A stretch of DNA of 63,274 nt, filler included, from an uncultured bacterium (lineage in GTDB: Bacteria; JAGOEH01): assembly GCA_964632485.1 (NCBI GenBank). It is 4 parts of 4 records of this genome, joined end to end, with 100 filler letters (N's around TTAATTAATTAA, not from the genome) between each part and the next. Parts side by side here need not be neighbours in the genome. Positions count along the whole stretch, not along the records: positions 23,150 to 42,463 come from CAZWDO010000038.1; positions 42,564 to 60,592 come from CAZWDO010000039.1; 2 more parts are not named here. The stretch is one strand, 5' to 3'. Shown here in pieces: positions 39,492-48,270 of the stretch (positions are counted from its first letter, which is position 1; each line of letters opens with the position of its first letter). The notes under the pieces were generated by a model, which worked only from the letters and a program-made list of their open reading frames with translations, searched no databases and was not told the DNA's origin. A program made the translations under genes and the position numbers.

Positions 39492-40763
39492 TTACCAAAC
39501 CCGTTTACTGATATCGGAACGATAGAACATACCCTGAAAGCGGATGCAGGAAATATGAGAATATGCCAATTGATACGCTTGAGGCAGAGTATCGGCGATA
39601 GCGGTCAGTCCCATCACCCGCCCGCCATGGGTAACGATTTGCTTTTGATCGTTGAGTCGAGTGCCGGCGTGAAACAGGATCAGATCGGGACGGTCCCAGC
39701 CATCCAAACCATCGATCGGAAACCCTTTTTCGTAATGCCCCGGATAGCCTTGGGAGGCCATGATAACGACAAGGGCCGATCGTTGCGAGTCACATACCAG
39801 CGGGAAGCGGGCCAATTCGCCATCACAGACAGCGGCAACGGTTTCTGCCCAATCGGACTTCAGCAGGGGGAGCGCGACTTGAGTCTCAGGATCACCCAGG
39901 CGGCAATTAAACTCAATAACGCGCGGCCCCTCGCGGGTAATCATCAAACCGGCATAAAGCACTCCCGAATACGGTGAGCCTTCGGCATTCATAGCATCGA
40001 TCGTGGGCTGCAGGATTTCCACGTACACGCGTTTCATCAGAGCTTGATCCACAAAGGGAACCGGAGCATAGGCGCCCATTCCGCCGGTATTGGGTCCGAG
40101 ATCGCCGTCGAAGACCTGTTTATGGTCCTGCGCGGGACAAAGAGCCTGAATTGATTTCCCGTCGCTGATCGCTAATACCGAAAGCTCCTGTCCGCGCATG
40201 AATTCCTCAATCACCACCTTGGAGCCGGCATTGCCTAACTCTTTATCCTGCATCAGCCGGGCAAGAGCGGATTCAGCGTCCTGTAGAGTGGGACAGACAA
40301 TCGCGCCTTTCCCGGCGGCCAGTCCATCGGCTTTGACCACACAAGGAGCTCCCAGACGGCGCAAATAGTTTAAAGCGCTATGATAATCATCAAAAGTCTC
40401 GTATTGGGCGGTTGGAATGCCATGGCGGCGCATGAAATTCTTGGCAAAAACCTTACTGCTTTCCAATTGAGCGGCTTTCATCGTGGGCCCGAATATTTTC
40501 AAACCTTCACGTAGAAACCGATCTACAATCCCTCCGGCCAATGGGTCTTCCGGCCCAACAATCGTATAATCAATCCGTTCCCGGCGGACAGTCTCGATGA
40601 TTTGATCATAATCGTTTTTACCAATAGACAACGGCTGCGCATAGTGATTGATACCTGGATTCCCCCCGTCCGTAACATAGATCTGCGTTACCCGCGGAGA
40701 TTGGTTTAACTTCCATACAATTGCATGTTCACGACCACCGTTGCCTATCACTAAAAATTTCAT
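39492..40763 (-). CDS. purD: Phosphoribosylamine--glycine ligase
   Basis: GNGGREHA; VGPEDPL; KADGLAAGKG; QDHK...GPNTGGMGAY; EFNCRLGDPETQ. Confidence 0.98.
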   Translation of the reverse strand: MKFLVIGNGGREHAIVWKLNQSPRVTQIYVTDGGNPGINHYAQPLSIGKNDYDQIIETVRRERIDYTIVGPEDPLAGGIVDRFLREGLKIFGPTMKAAQLESSKVFAKNFMRRHGIPTAQYETFDDYHSALNYLRRLGAPCVVKADGLAAGKGAIVCPTLQDAESALARLMQDKELGNAGSKVVIEEFMRGQELSVLAISDGKSIQALCPAQDHKQVFDGDLGPNTGGMGAYAPVPFVDQALMKRVYVEILQPTIDAMNAEGSPYSGVLYAGLMITREGPRVIEFNCRLGDPETQVALPLLKSDWAETVAAVCDGELARFPLVCDSQRSALVVIMASQGYPGHYEKGFPIDGLDGWDRPDLILFHAGTRLNDQKQIVTHGGRVMGLTAIADTLPQAYQLAYSHISCIRFQGMFYRSDISKRVW

Positions 40764-40833
40764 CGTTCGCTCCTTAAAATTGAATTATCATTGGAATCAA
40801 TGATCCAACCTTCCGACAGTTCACCGCGAACCC

Positions 40834-40862
40834 AATATAAAAAAACTCACAGATAGTGTCAA
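40834..40862 (-). promoter_or_regulatory. sigma70-type promoter for purD
   Basis: TTGACA-17 bp-TATATT on the minus strand. Confidence 0.7.
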
Positions 40863-40922
40863 GTCAAAATCAAACCTGCATGATATTTTTCGGTGGAATA
40901 ATGAAAATTTTAAAAATTTCTA

Positions 40923-40951
40923 TTGACATTCAGAGTTAAAACGGTTATATT
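40923..40951 (+). promoter_or_regulatory. sigma70-type promoter for the tRNA
   Basis: TTGACA (40923-40928)-17 bp-TATATT (40946-40951). Confidence 0.8.
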
Positions 40952-40963
40952 AGACAAACCTTT

Positions 40964-41036
40964 GGCGGCGTAGCTCAGCTGGTAGAGCAGCGGAATCATA
41001 ATCCGGTGGTCAGGGGTTCAAGTCCCTTCGCCGCTA
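40964..41036 (+). tRNA. tRNA-Met(CAT), most likely elongator; CCA not encoded
   Basis: Cloverleaf: GGCGGCG/CGCCGCT acceptor, GCTC/GAGC D stem, CAT anticodon, GGTTCAAGTCC T arm. Lacks the initiator C1:A72 mismatch. Confidence 0.93.
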
Positions 41037-41205
41037 ATCCAAGAGTCCCAACAACTTAGCATCTTCAAAGACTGAAAAAATAAGCCTCTTTGTCAGGTTT
41101 TCAGCTTTTCCCTCAGAACACACGAATTTTGCTGTTTACTTCTTGTTTTCCAAAGACTTAGAAGCCATTTTCAGAAACCAATTATTCCAATTATCCCAAT
41201 CTGGT

Positions 41206-41236
41206 TGGTGACCATTTAGTGACCAGATGGTGACCA
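41206..41236 (+). repeat. Three direct repeats, probable integrase arm-type sites
   Basis: TGGTGACCA (41206), TAGTGACCA (41217), TGGTGACCA (41228): 11-bp period, between the tRNA and the integrase. Confidence 0.7.
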
Positions 41237-41281
41237 AAGATTGATACTTGTTTACTGAAACTAAATAATTAATTTAATTTT

Positions 41282-41310
41282 GCCATAGGAGGGATAACTC
41301 CTCCTATGGC
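41282..41310. terminator. Perfect 11-bp hairpin between the convergent tRNA and integrase
   Basis: GCCATAGGAGG-GATAACT-CCTCCTATGGC followed by TTTT on the plus strand. Confidence 0.75.
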
Positions 41311-41328
41311 TTTTATCAGCAAACAGTT

Positions 41329-42435
41329 CTATTGATTCCATTGCAATGAATGATTCAACGCTTTAACTCCATCCAACATCTGTGATTCCATTCCCCGGAC
41401 ATATCGCAGGGTTGTTTTTATGTCCTGATGGCGGCACAAACGCTGAATGACGAATGGGGAGACACCTTCACGCGCCAATTTCGACGCATAATAACTTCGA
41501 GTATCGTGAAAATGATAGCCTTTGCCGTCCAAACCGCACTTCTTCAGCAACTTATGGAATGCTGTCTTCACATCCTTAATCGGTTTACCTTTGTACAAAA
41601 AAACATGAGCTTCATTGTCTTGGACCATTTTCCGCATTTCGATCAAAGCGTCGATTACATCTTCACATAGCATAACATCTTGGGGGACACGACTTTTAGT
41701 TTGGAATAAATGAATTGCTTTTTTGTCAATATCAATCTGTTTCCACTTTAACGATAATAATTCGCCTCTTCTCATCCCTGTCATTCCGGCGATGAATAGA
41801 ATCGGTTTTAAATGTGTCTGGTCTCCTGTGCAATTTGTCAGCATTAGGTTAAACTCTTCTTCGGAAAATACGATATTGCGATTATTATGGGGGGTTTCAA
41901 TTCGGATTGTCGAAACAATATCGTCTTTCACAATTCCTTGGGTAATCATAAAACGCCAGAACAACCTTAAAAATACGATTTCCTTATTGACTGTCGAAAC
42001 AGTCCGAATTGAATGTCGTTTGTGAAGGTATCCCTGTATTTCATCATCTGTGATCGTGCTAATCAACTTTTTACCAAAATGCGCGACTAAACTTCTTGAA
42101 CTATGATAATGATCATCAATATACGTTGGTGATGTCCTTTTTCTTTTTCGAACAATCTTGTACGGCTCTTTTTCCAGAACATCGAAGAAGAGCTCCACGG
42201 CTTCACCTAACTTCATGTCTTTAATTTCATGGGTCGTCTGCTTCAACGGTTCATTCAGCAATTCATTGTAAAGACGAAGGGAATACGCTTTTATATGAGC
42301 TTTGCTTACCTTTCCGACAACGCCGATCTGTTTCTGGACTCGTTTTCCGTGAATATACGCATCGAATTGATAAACTTCTTGGCCATGTTTCGTAATAATG
42401 GAAACAAAATCACACACTCGTTTTTTCTCTGTCAT
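41329..42435 (-). mobile_element. Tyrosine recombinase / phage-type integrase at the edge of a tRNA-Met-integrated element
   Basis: TGMRRGEL (R), TKS (K), FHDTR (HxxR), RHQD (H), TTLRY (Y); adjacent to the tRNA 3' end. Confidence 0.93.
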
Positions 42436-42463
42436 GGGAGTAACCTTTCTTACTCTACCTATG

Positions 42464-42563
42464 NNNNNNNNNNNNNNNNNNNNNNNNNNNNNNNNNNNNN
42501 NNNNNNNTTAATTAATTAANNNNNNNNNNNNNNNNNNNNNNNNNNNNNNNNNNNNNNNNNNNN
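42464..42563. other. Artificial contig spacer
   Basis: N-run, TTAATTAATTAA, N-run. Confidence 0.98.
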
Positions 42564-42614
42564 TTTATAACAGCTTATCTAATATTTGTAATTCTATGAC
42601 TTCCGGTTCTCTGA

Positions 42615-43241
42615 AATTCAAGGACAAGATCGGCATATAATCTCGCTGCTCAGAGATATCACGATTTATTTAATGATGAAATGAACCACAAAGAATATGA
42701 TCGGAAACTTCTTGATTTGTTTGCTGCAAGACTCGGTCAAGCCGCAGTAATTTGTGATGCGGGATGCGGTCCTTCGGGTCATATAGGCAAATATGTTTTT
42801 GATAAAGGAATTAACGTTGTTGGCGTTGACATATCAGAAAAATGTATCGAACTGGCTCAGCATTATAATCCAAAGTTACGATATGCGCTTGGAGATATAG
42901 TCAATTTGCCATTTGAAGATAAATCATTTGATGGAGTAATTTCTTATTATTCGATAATCGACACGCCTAAAAGATATATGAATCGGATTTTTAAAGAGTT
43001 TTGCCGGGTTTTAAAGACGGATGGCTATCTGCTCGTTGTAGTGAAGGCTGGCGATACTGAGGGATATATCTCTGATTTGCTGGGAATTAAAGCGGAAATA
43101 TATTTCACATTATTCACAGAAGATGAGATCGCCAATAATTTGAAACAAGGAGAATTTGATATAGAGTTTTTAGAAATTCGGAACCCGTACGATTTTGAAA
43201 TCAACAATAATAGAATATTCGCAATTGGTAAAAAGAAGTAG
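42615..43241 (+). CDS. Class I SAM-dependent methyltransferase (native start apparently lost)
   Basis: CDAGCGP; GVDIS; LPFEDKSFD. The frame extends upstream of ATG 42681 (TRSAYNLAAQRYHDLF) to a TGA at 42612 with no start codon. Confidence 0.8.
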   Translation, partial: NSRTRSAYNLAAQRYHDLFNDEMNHKEYDRKLLDLFAARLGQAAVICDAGCGPSGHIGKYVFDKGINVVGVDISEKCIELAQHYNPKLRYALGDIVNLPFEDKSFDGVISYYSIIDTPKRYMNRIFKEFCRVLKTDGYLLVVVKAGDTEGYISDLLGIKAEIYFTLFTEDEIANNLKQGEFDIEFLEIRNPYDFEINNNRIFAIGKKK

Positions 43242-43312
43242 GAGTTTTACGAAACTAAGTTTTCGTAAAAGCTGAGTAGTAATTCCAGAAGCGCTGCTGA
43301 AACTCGGTCCGA

Positions 43313-43500
43313 TTGATTAAATTTTATCTTGCCTTTAGCGATGATGCCCGAGTACCGGTCGTCGGATTCCTGGGAAGCAGTAATCTGACAATGGCTGGAT
43401 TATCGCGGCAAGGCGAACTGAATATTGATGTTTTGGATCAGAATGCTGCCTCCAAACTGGCTAAATGGTTTGATAACCGGTGGAATGCGAGCAAATGTAT
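43313..43500 (+). pseudogene. Phospholipase-D-like (HKD) nuclease domain remnant from a PLD-helicase gene
   Basis: KFYL...VGFLGSSNLTMAGLSRQGELNIDVLD...KLAKWFDNRW; the HxK histidine is missing. Confidence 0.7.
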
Positions 43501-43549
43501 TATTTGTTGTCATTTTCATCGAAACCCATCGTTTTTAGCAAGGAGCTTT

Positions 43550-45451
43550 ATGCATAAATGTAGATACATATTTTCGGGATTCTTGGGGTTCATTCTCTGC
43601 CTGATGCAGGTCGGACAAATATCTTGCGCGCGGAATGGCCGTCCGGCTTCCCCGCAGGCCGTAGATGGTATCCTTGATTTGAGTGAATGGGATTTTTCCC
43701 GCAACGGCTCCGCGGCTCTGAACGGGATGTGGGAGTTCTATCCTTATCGCAATGTGACGCCCGAAACCGCGGATGTCGCTTCCGCGTTCCCCGATCTGTT
43801 CGCGCGGGTTCCGTCCCCCTGGAAGAAGTATGGTATAGCGGATTCGTCCGGAAGGGCGTTCGGCTATGCGACCTATCGCTTAAAGGTTGTCCTGCCGCGG
43901 AAAGGACCGGATGCCGAAAGTGGACATTCCGGATTGATTTTGAAAATCAGCGGAGCGCAATCCGCTTATCGATGCTGGGTGGATGACCGCCTGATGGGCG
44001 GCATGGGCGAGCCCGGCGAACATGGGGAGGGTTTCAGGGGCTTGATCCGTCCGGCATATATCGCTCTGGGAAATCCGGTCGATACCCTGCGGATTGCTCT
44101 GTTTGTGGCCAATTATTTCGATCCGCGCTGGGGCGGGATATCGGAACCGTTGATTCTTGGCGCGCCGAGTTCCATCCTTCTGGATTTCTGGAGAAATTCC
44201 TGGATCGGTATCGGGGGATTCGCCGTTTTCATCATCATCGGGATTTATCATCTTTGGCTATGGACACTTCGTCGAAAGGATTGGCTGAATATCCATTTCG
44301 CCCTCATCTGCCTGGTAATGGCCCTGCAGGCGGCCTGTACCGGCGAGCGATTTTTCTATGCCGTTTTCCCTGATATGAGTATTGAAACGTTTTATCGCGT
44401 TTGGTATTTGGTGTTTACACTTTTTCCCCTGATCCTGGTTTTTTATCGGGAATTGTTTCCCATGGAGATCCACCGTACAGTGGTGCGGCTTGTAGCCGGA
44501 ATATTCGCTGTGTGTATTGCGCTGGATTTAACCTTGCCGGTACGATTGTTCATGAGTTTTTCCGTGTTGTTTTACTGGGTTGGGATACTGGTTGTGATCT
44601 ATATTATTTTCCGGAATATTGTAGCCCTTAAACGGAAACGGGAGTTTGCCGGCATAGTGCTGGCCGGAGCGGCAGTTCCAATGATCGCCGCGATCCATGA
44701 CAGTATCTTCGCGATGGGTTTGATCAGCTCTATCTATTTGACTCCTGTTGCATTTATGGTCTATATCCTTTCCCAGACCTACGTAATCAGTTTGAAATTT
44801 ACCAAATTATACAAGCGTAACGAGGAATTGAACCGTGAGCTGGAAAGCTTGAACCGGGAATTGGAGCGCAAAGTCGAAGAACGGACTGATCTGCTTTTTG
44901 CCGCGAATCAAAAACTACTCGAGGCCAATGAGAAATTGGGTTATATGGCGAATTACGACGTATTGACCGAATTGGCAAACCGGCGTTTCTTTATGGATTT
45001 TCTCGCGCGCGAATGGAAACGCGCCGAACGGCATCGGGAGTCGGTCAGCATCATCATGCTCGATATCGATTTTTTCAAGCGCTACAACGATACCTATGGA
45101 CACCCCGCGGGAGACGGGGTGTTGAAGCGCGTAGCAGAGTGCATCTCCGCCTCGCTTCAGCGCAGCAGCGACGTAGCGGCCCGCTATGGGGGAGAGGAGT
45201 TCGTCATCTATCTTGCCGATACAAATTTGCCGGGAGCGCTGACCATTGCGGAGCGTATCCGGCGCATGGTTTATCGGGCCGGAATTGAACATCAATCCTC
45301 GATAGCGGCAAAAATCCTAACCGTGAGCTTAGGTGTGGCAAGCGCGATTCCCGCCCCGGGGAGCGACCCGGCGGACTTGTTGCAAGCTGCCGATACCATG
45401 CTTTACCAATCGAAAAAAATGGGACGCAACCGCGTTTCCCCTGAATTATAA
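43550..45451 (+). CDS. 7TM-DISM sensor diguanylate cyclase
   Basis: AGGAG RBS before ATG 43550; extracellular GYATYRL domain; about 7 TM helices; coiled coil; DIDFFKRYND...RSSD...RYGGEEF (I-site and active site). Confidence 0.93.
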   Translation: MHKCRYIFSGFLGFILCLMQVGQISCARNGRPASPQAVDGILDLSEWDFSRNGSAALNGMWEFYPYRNVTPETADVASAFPDLFARVPSPWKKYGIADSSGRAFGYATYRLKVVLPRKGPDAESGHSGLILKISGAQSAYRCWVDDRLMGGMGEPGEHGEGFRGLIRPAYIALGNPVDTLRIALFVANYFDPRWGGISEPLILGAPSSILLDFWRNSWIGIGGFAVFIIIGIYHLWLWTLRRKDWLNIHFALICLVMALQAACTGERFFYAVFPDMSIETFYRVWYLVFTLFPLILVFYRELFPMEIHRTVVRLVAGIFAVCIALDLTLPVRLFMSFSVLFYWVGILVVIYIIFRNIVALKRKREFAGIVLAGAAVPMIAAIHDSIFAMGLISSIYLTPVAFMVYILSQTYVISLKFTKLYKRNEELNRELESLNRELERKVEERTDLLFAANQKLLEANEKLGYMANYDVLTELANRRFFMDFLAREWKRAERHRESVSIIMLDIDFFKRYNDTYGHPAGDGVLKRVAECISASLQRSSDVAARYGGEEFVIYLADTNLPGALTIAERIRRMVYRAGIEHQSSIAAKILTVSLGVASAIPAPGSDPADLLQAADTMLYQSKKMGRNRVSPEL

Positions 45452-45480
45452 TCCATTTTTAGGGGTCGCGTCTCGCAAAT

Positions 45481-45665
45481 CGTCATCCCCCCAACCCCCG
45501 GCACTCGGGCTCCGGCTCCGAATCCATGGGCGTCGCCGCCGTCATTCCGAACTCCGATCCGGAATCCATGGGTTACCCTTCTTTACCCATGGATGCCGCA
45601 TCACGTGCGGCATGACAATGGAGCAGCGGCGCGGCTCCTGTCTGCTGTAGGCAGGTCAGCCCGCC
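45481..45665. repeat. REP cluster between convergent genes (3 CGTC-type, 1 interrupted GTAG-type)
   Basis: CGTCATYCC...GAATCCATGGG at 45481 and 45540; inverted copy at 45586-45617; GCAGCGGCGCGGCT[19-nt insert]TCAGCCCGCC at 45623-45665. Confidence 0.8.
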
Positions 45666-45783
45666 TCTTTCCGCTGAAGATCAAAATCCGAAGCCACATG
45701 ATCCTGAAACCGAAATAATAAGGGCTGTTTATTGGTGTTGTTTTAATCTTGCGCGCTATTTTTGGCGATAAAATTGATGTCTA

Positions 45784-47820
45784 TCAGCGAGAGTATGATG
45801 AAATACCTGTTTGGGGCACTTTAATATATTTATTTATCATTTTAAAAAATACACTCTTATCAAGCGGCTTTGATATAAAATCAGTACACCCTTGCGCTAA
45901 AGCAAGTTCCCGATCTGATTCGCTTGAATAGGCGGTTTGCGCGATCACCGGTAAATCAGGAATCATCGATTTAATTTTTCTGGTCGCTTCATGTCCATTC
46001 ATGATCGGCATTTTAATATCCATTAGAACCAGGTCGATATCTTTATTTTTAATGCATATATCGACTGCTTCCTGCCCGTTTTTTGCATGAATTAGTTTAA
46101 ACTTTGAATGAGATAATTCTTCAAACAAAGCTTCGATATATAAATAATTGATAACTTCATCCTCCGCGACGAGGATAGTGAGGTTTTCTCCAAGTTTGTC
46201 GGCGTTGTCAAAATGCGTCTCGAGTGGAACCGGCATAATTTTTTTGACAGGGCTGCAGGGAATGCTGACATAAAACGTTGAACCTTTTCCCTTTTCTGAC
46301 TCCAGAATAATATCACCCCCCAGCAATTGGGCATTTTCTTTGGAAATAGACAATCCTAATCCCAACCCTCCAAATTTATATGAAAGCGCTTTATCTTCCT
46401 GTGAAAATCGTTCGAAGATAATATCTCTGCTTTTCTCGGATATGCCGATGCCCGTGTCCTTGACATACAATATTAAGTTTTTATCTTCAAAGTAATAACC
46501 AATTTCGACAAACCCGGCATTCGTGAATTTCAGCGCGTTTTCAATTAGATTGCTCAATATTTTGGAGAGTTTTGTCCTATCTAAAACAATTTCGCTTTCA
46601 TAGTCGCGCAACTTTTTTTTGATATAGATGGGTATTTTACGTTCTTTAGATTTTAAATCAAAAATGGAAAATAACTCCATCAACAAGCCATTCAGGTTGA
46701 ATTGCTCTTGATGAACCTTTACTTGTTTTGTTTCCAGAGTGGATATTTCAAGAATATCCTCGATGGTTTTTAATAATTGCCGGCAACTGTTTTGAATAAT
46801 TCTTGAAAAATAGTTCTTCTTGTCATCAGAAATATTGGGTTGATTCAGCATTTCAGAAAATCCGATGATGCCATTCATCGGAGTGCGGATTTCATGCGAC
46901 ATATTGTTGAGGAATTCCGTTTTCAACTGGTTCGCTTCTTCGGCTTTTTCCTTGGCTAAAGTCAGTTCCTGTTCAGTCGTTTTTCGGTCCGTAACGTCCC
47001 GAACATTGCTGATGATGGCTTTGATGGAGGGATTGTTCAAATGGTTCTGCGCCACGGTTTCAAACCAGACATATCCCCTTGTTTTATGGATATGGCGGTA
47101 TTCGACCTTGACAATATGATTATCGATGGCTATCAATTCTTCCCATTTTCGGGCTATATGGGGCATATCTTCCGGATGGATCACTTTATCGAGGGTTGTT
47201 TTCAGTTCTTCGGGCGTATAACCGGTCAAACGCAGCGCGGAGTCGCTGATGAATTCCTGTTCTCCTTTTTCATTGATGATCACGAATATATCATTGGAGT
47301 TTTTGATGAAAAGCTTGAGTTTTTCCTCGTTGGCTTCGGCTTTTTCTTTAGCCTTCAAAAGTTCATCGGCTTGTTTCTTCTGGTCCGTGATATCATAGAC
47401 TATGGTGTAATAACACGGCCGCTGGTTGAAACGTATTTTTCTGGCATGAACTTCAACGTCTCTGATGGCGCCATTTTTCATTCGATGTCTGGAACTTGAA
47501 AAAATTTCAATATCGAATTTCTGTTCCTTAATTTCGTGTCTTGTTTCGATATCATCGGGTAAAGAAACCAGTTGCTGGCCAAACAGTGATTTCATTTCCG
47601 GTCGGGAATAACCATAAAACCGACATGCCGATCTGTTGGCGGTCACAATTTGACTGGTTTTATTATCAATGATCAGTATAATTGAATAGCAATTATTAAA
47701 AAAAGTTTGAAACAGGCGTTTCCGATTTATTTTGGATTGAGCCCTCAGTTTTTGAATTTCCGTTTTTTGCTTCTCAATCGCCCCCGACTGATCGTCATAA
47801 GTTGGAGTAATATGATTCAT
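45784..47820 (-). CDS. Hybrid sensor kinase: PAS, PAS, HisKA, HATPase, REC
   Basis: MSHEIRTPMNGI; NALKFT; DTGIGI; GLGLGLSI; LVLMDIKMP. Confidence 0.95.
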   Translation of the reverse strand: MNHITPTYDDQSGAIEKQKTEIQKLRAQSKINRKRLFQTFFNNCYSIILIIDNKTSQIVTANRSACRFYGYSRPEMKSLFGQQLVSLPDDIETRHEIKEQKFDIEIFSSSRHRMKNGAIRDVEVHARKIRFNQRPCYYTIVYDITDQKKQADELLKAKEKAEANEEKLKLFIKNSNDIFVIINEKGEQEFISDSALRLTGYTPEELKTTLDKVIHPEDMPHIARKWEELIAIDNHIVKVEYRHIHKTRGYVWFETVAQNHLNNPSIKAIISNVRDVTDRKTTEQELTLAKEKAEEANQLKTEFLNNMSHEIRTPMNGIIGFSEMLNQPNISDDKKNYFSRIIQNSCRQLLKTIEDILEISTLETKQVKVHQEQFNLNGLLMELFSIFDLKSKERKIPIYIKKKLRDYESEIVLDRTKLSKILSNLIENALKFTNAGFVEIGYYFEDKNLILYVKDTGIGISEKSRDIIFERFSQEDKALSYKFGGLGLGLSISKENAQLLGGDIILESEKGKGSTFYVSIPCSPVKKIMPVPLETHFDNADKLGENLTILVAEDEVINYLYIEALFEELSHSKFKLIHAKNGQEAVDICIKNKDIDLVLMDIKMPIMNGHEATRKIKSMIPDLPVIAQTAYSSESDRELALAQGCTDFISKPLDKSVFFKMINKYIKVPQTGISSYSR

Positions 47821-48045
47821 AGTCGATTTCCCGATTGGTTGGACAATTTACAGGTCATTTTTTAGTACTATTCTCACTTGTATCAGCTTGCAAAAATTTT
47901 ACGCAGGCTTTTATAATCGGCGCATGGGATGAAACGGAGAGATAAATTTGCCTATCGGGTTTGCGCAATGATAATCTCTTTTCTATAAATGCATCACGCT
48001 GTCAGGGTGGTTCGTGCAGAACACTCGAATCGTTTTCTTAATAAT

Positions 48046-48074
48046 ATCATACAATAGTATCCTTATTTTGTCAA
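48046..48074 (-). promoter_or_regulatory. sigma70-type promoter for the 47820 kinase
   Basis: TTGACA-17 bp-TATGAT on the minus strand. Confidence 0.55.
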
Positions 48075-48270
48075 GGGCTATTTTGCAATTCAATATTTAT
48101 CAGTGTTCTTTCTTCCTGTGATCACGCGCTGACGCTGTATTGACAGAGCATATAAACCGATTTGGGCGATTGATGGAACTGCTTTTAATCGGGTCAAACA
48201 ACAGGTTGAATGAGGCTTAAACAAATTATCCGCACCAAATGAACCGGTATTTTAGCGGAAAGGAGTTGGT

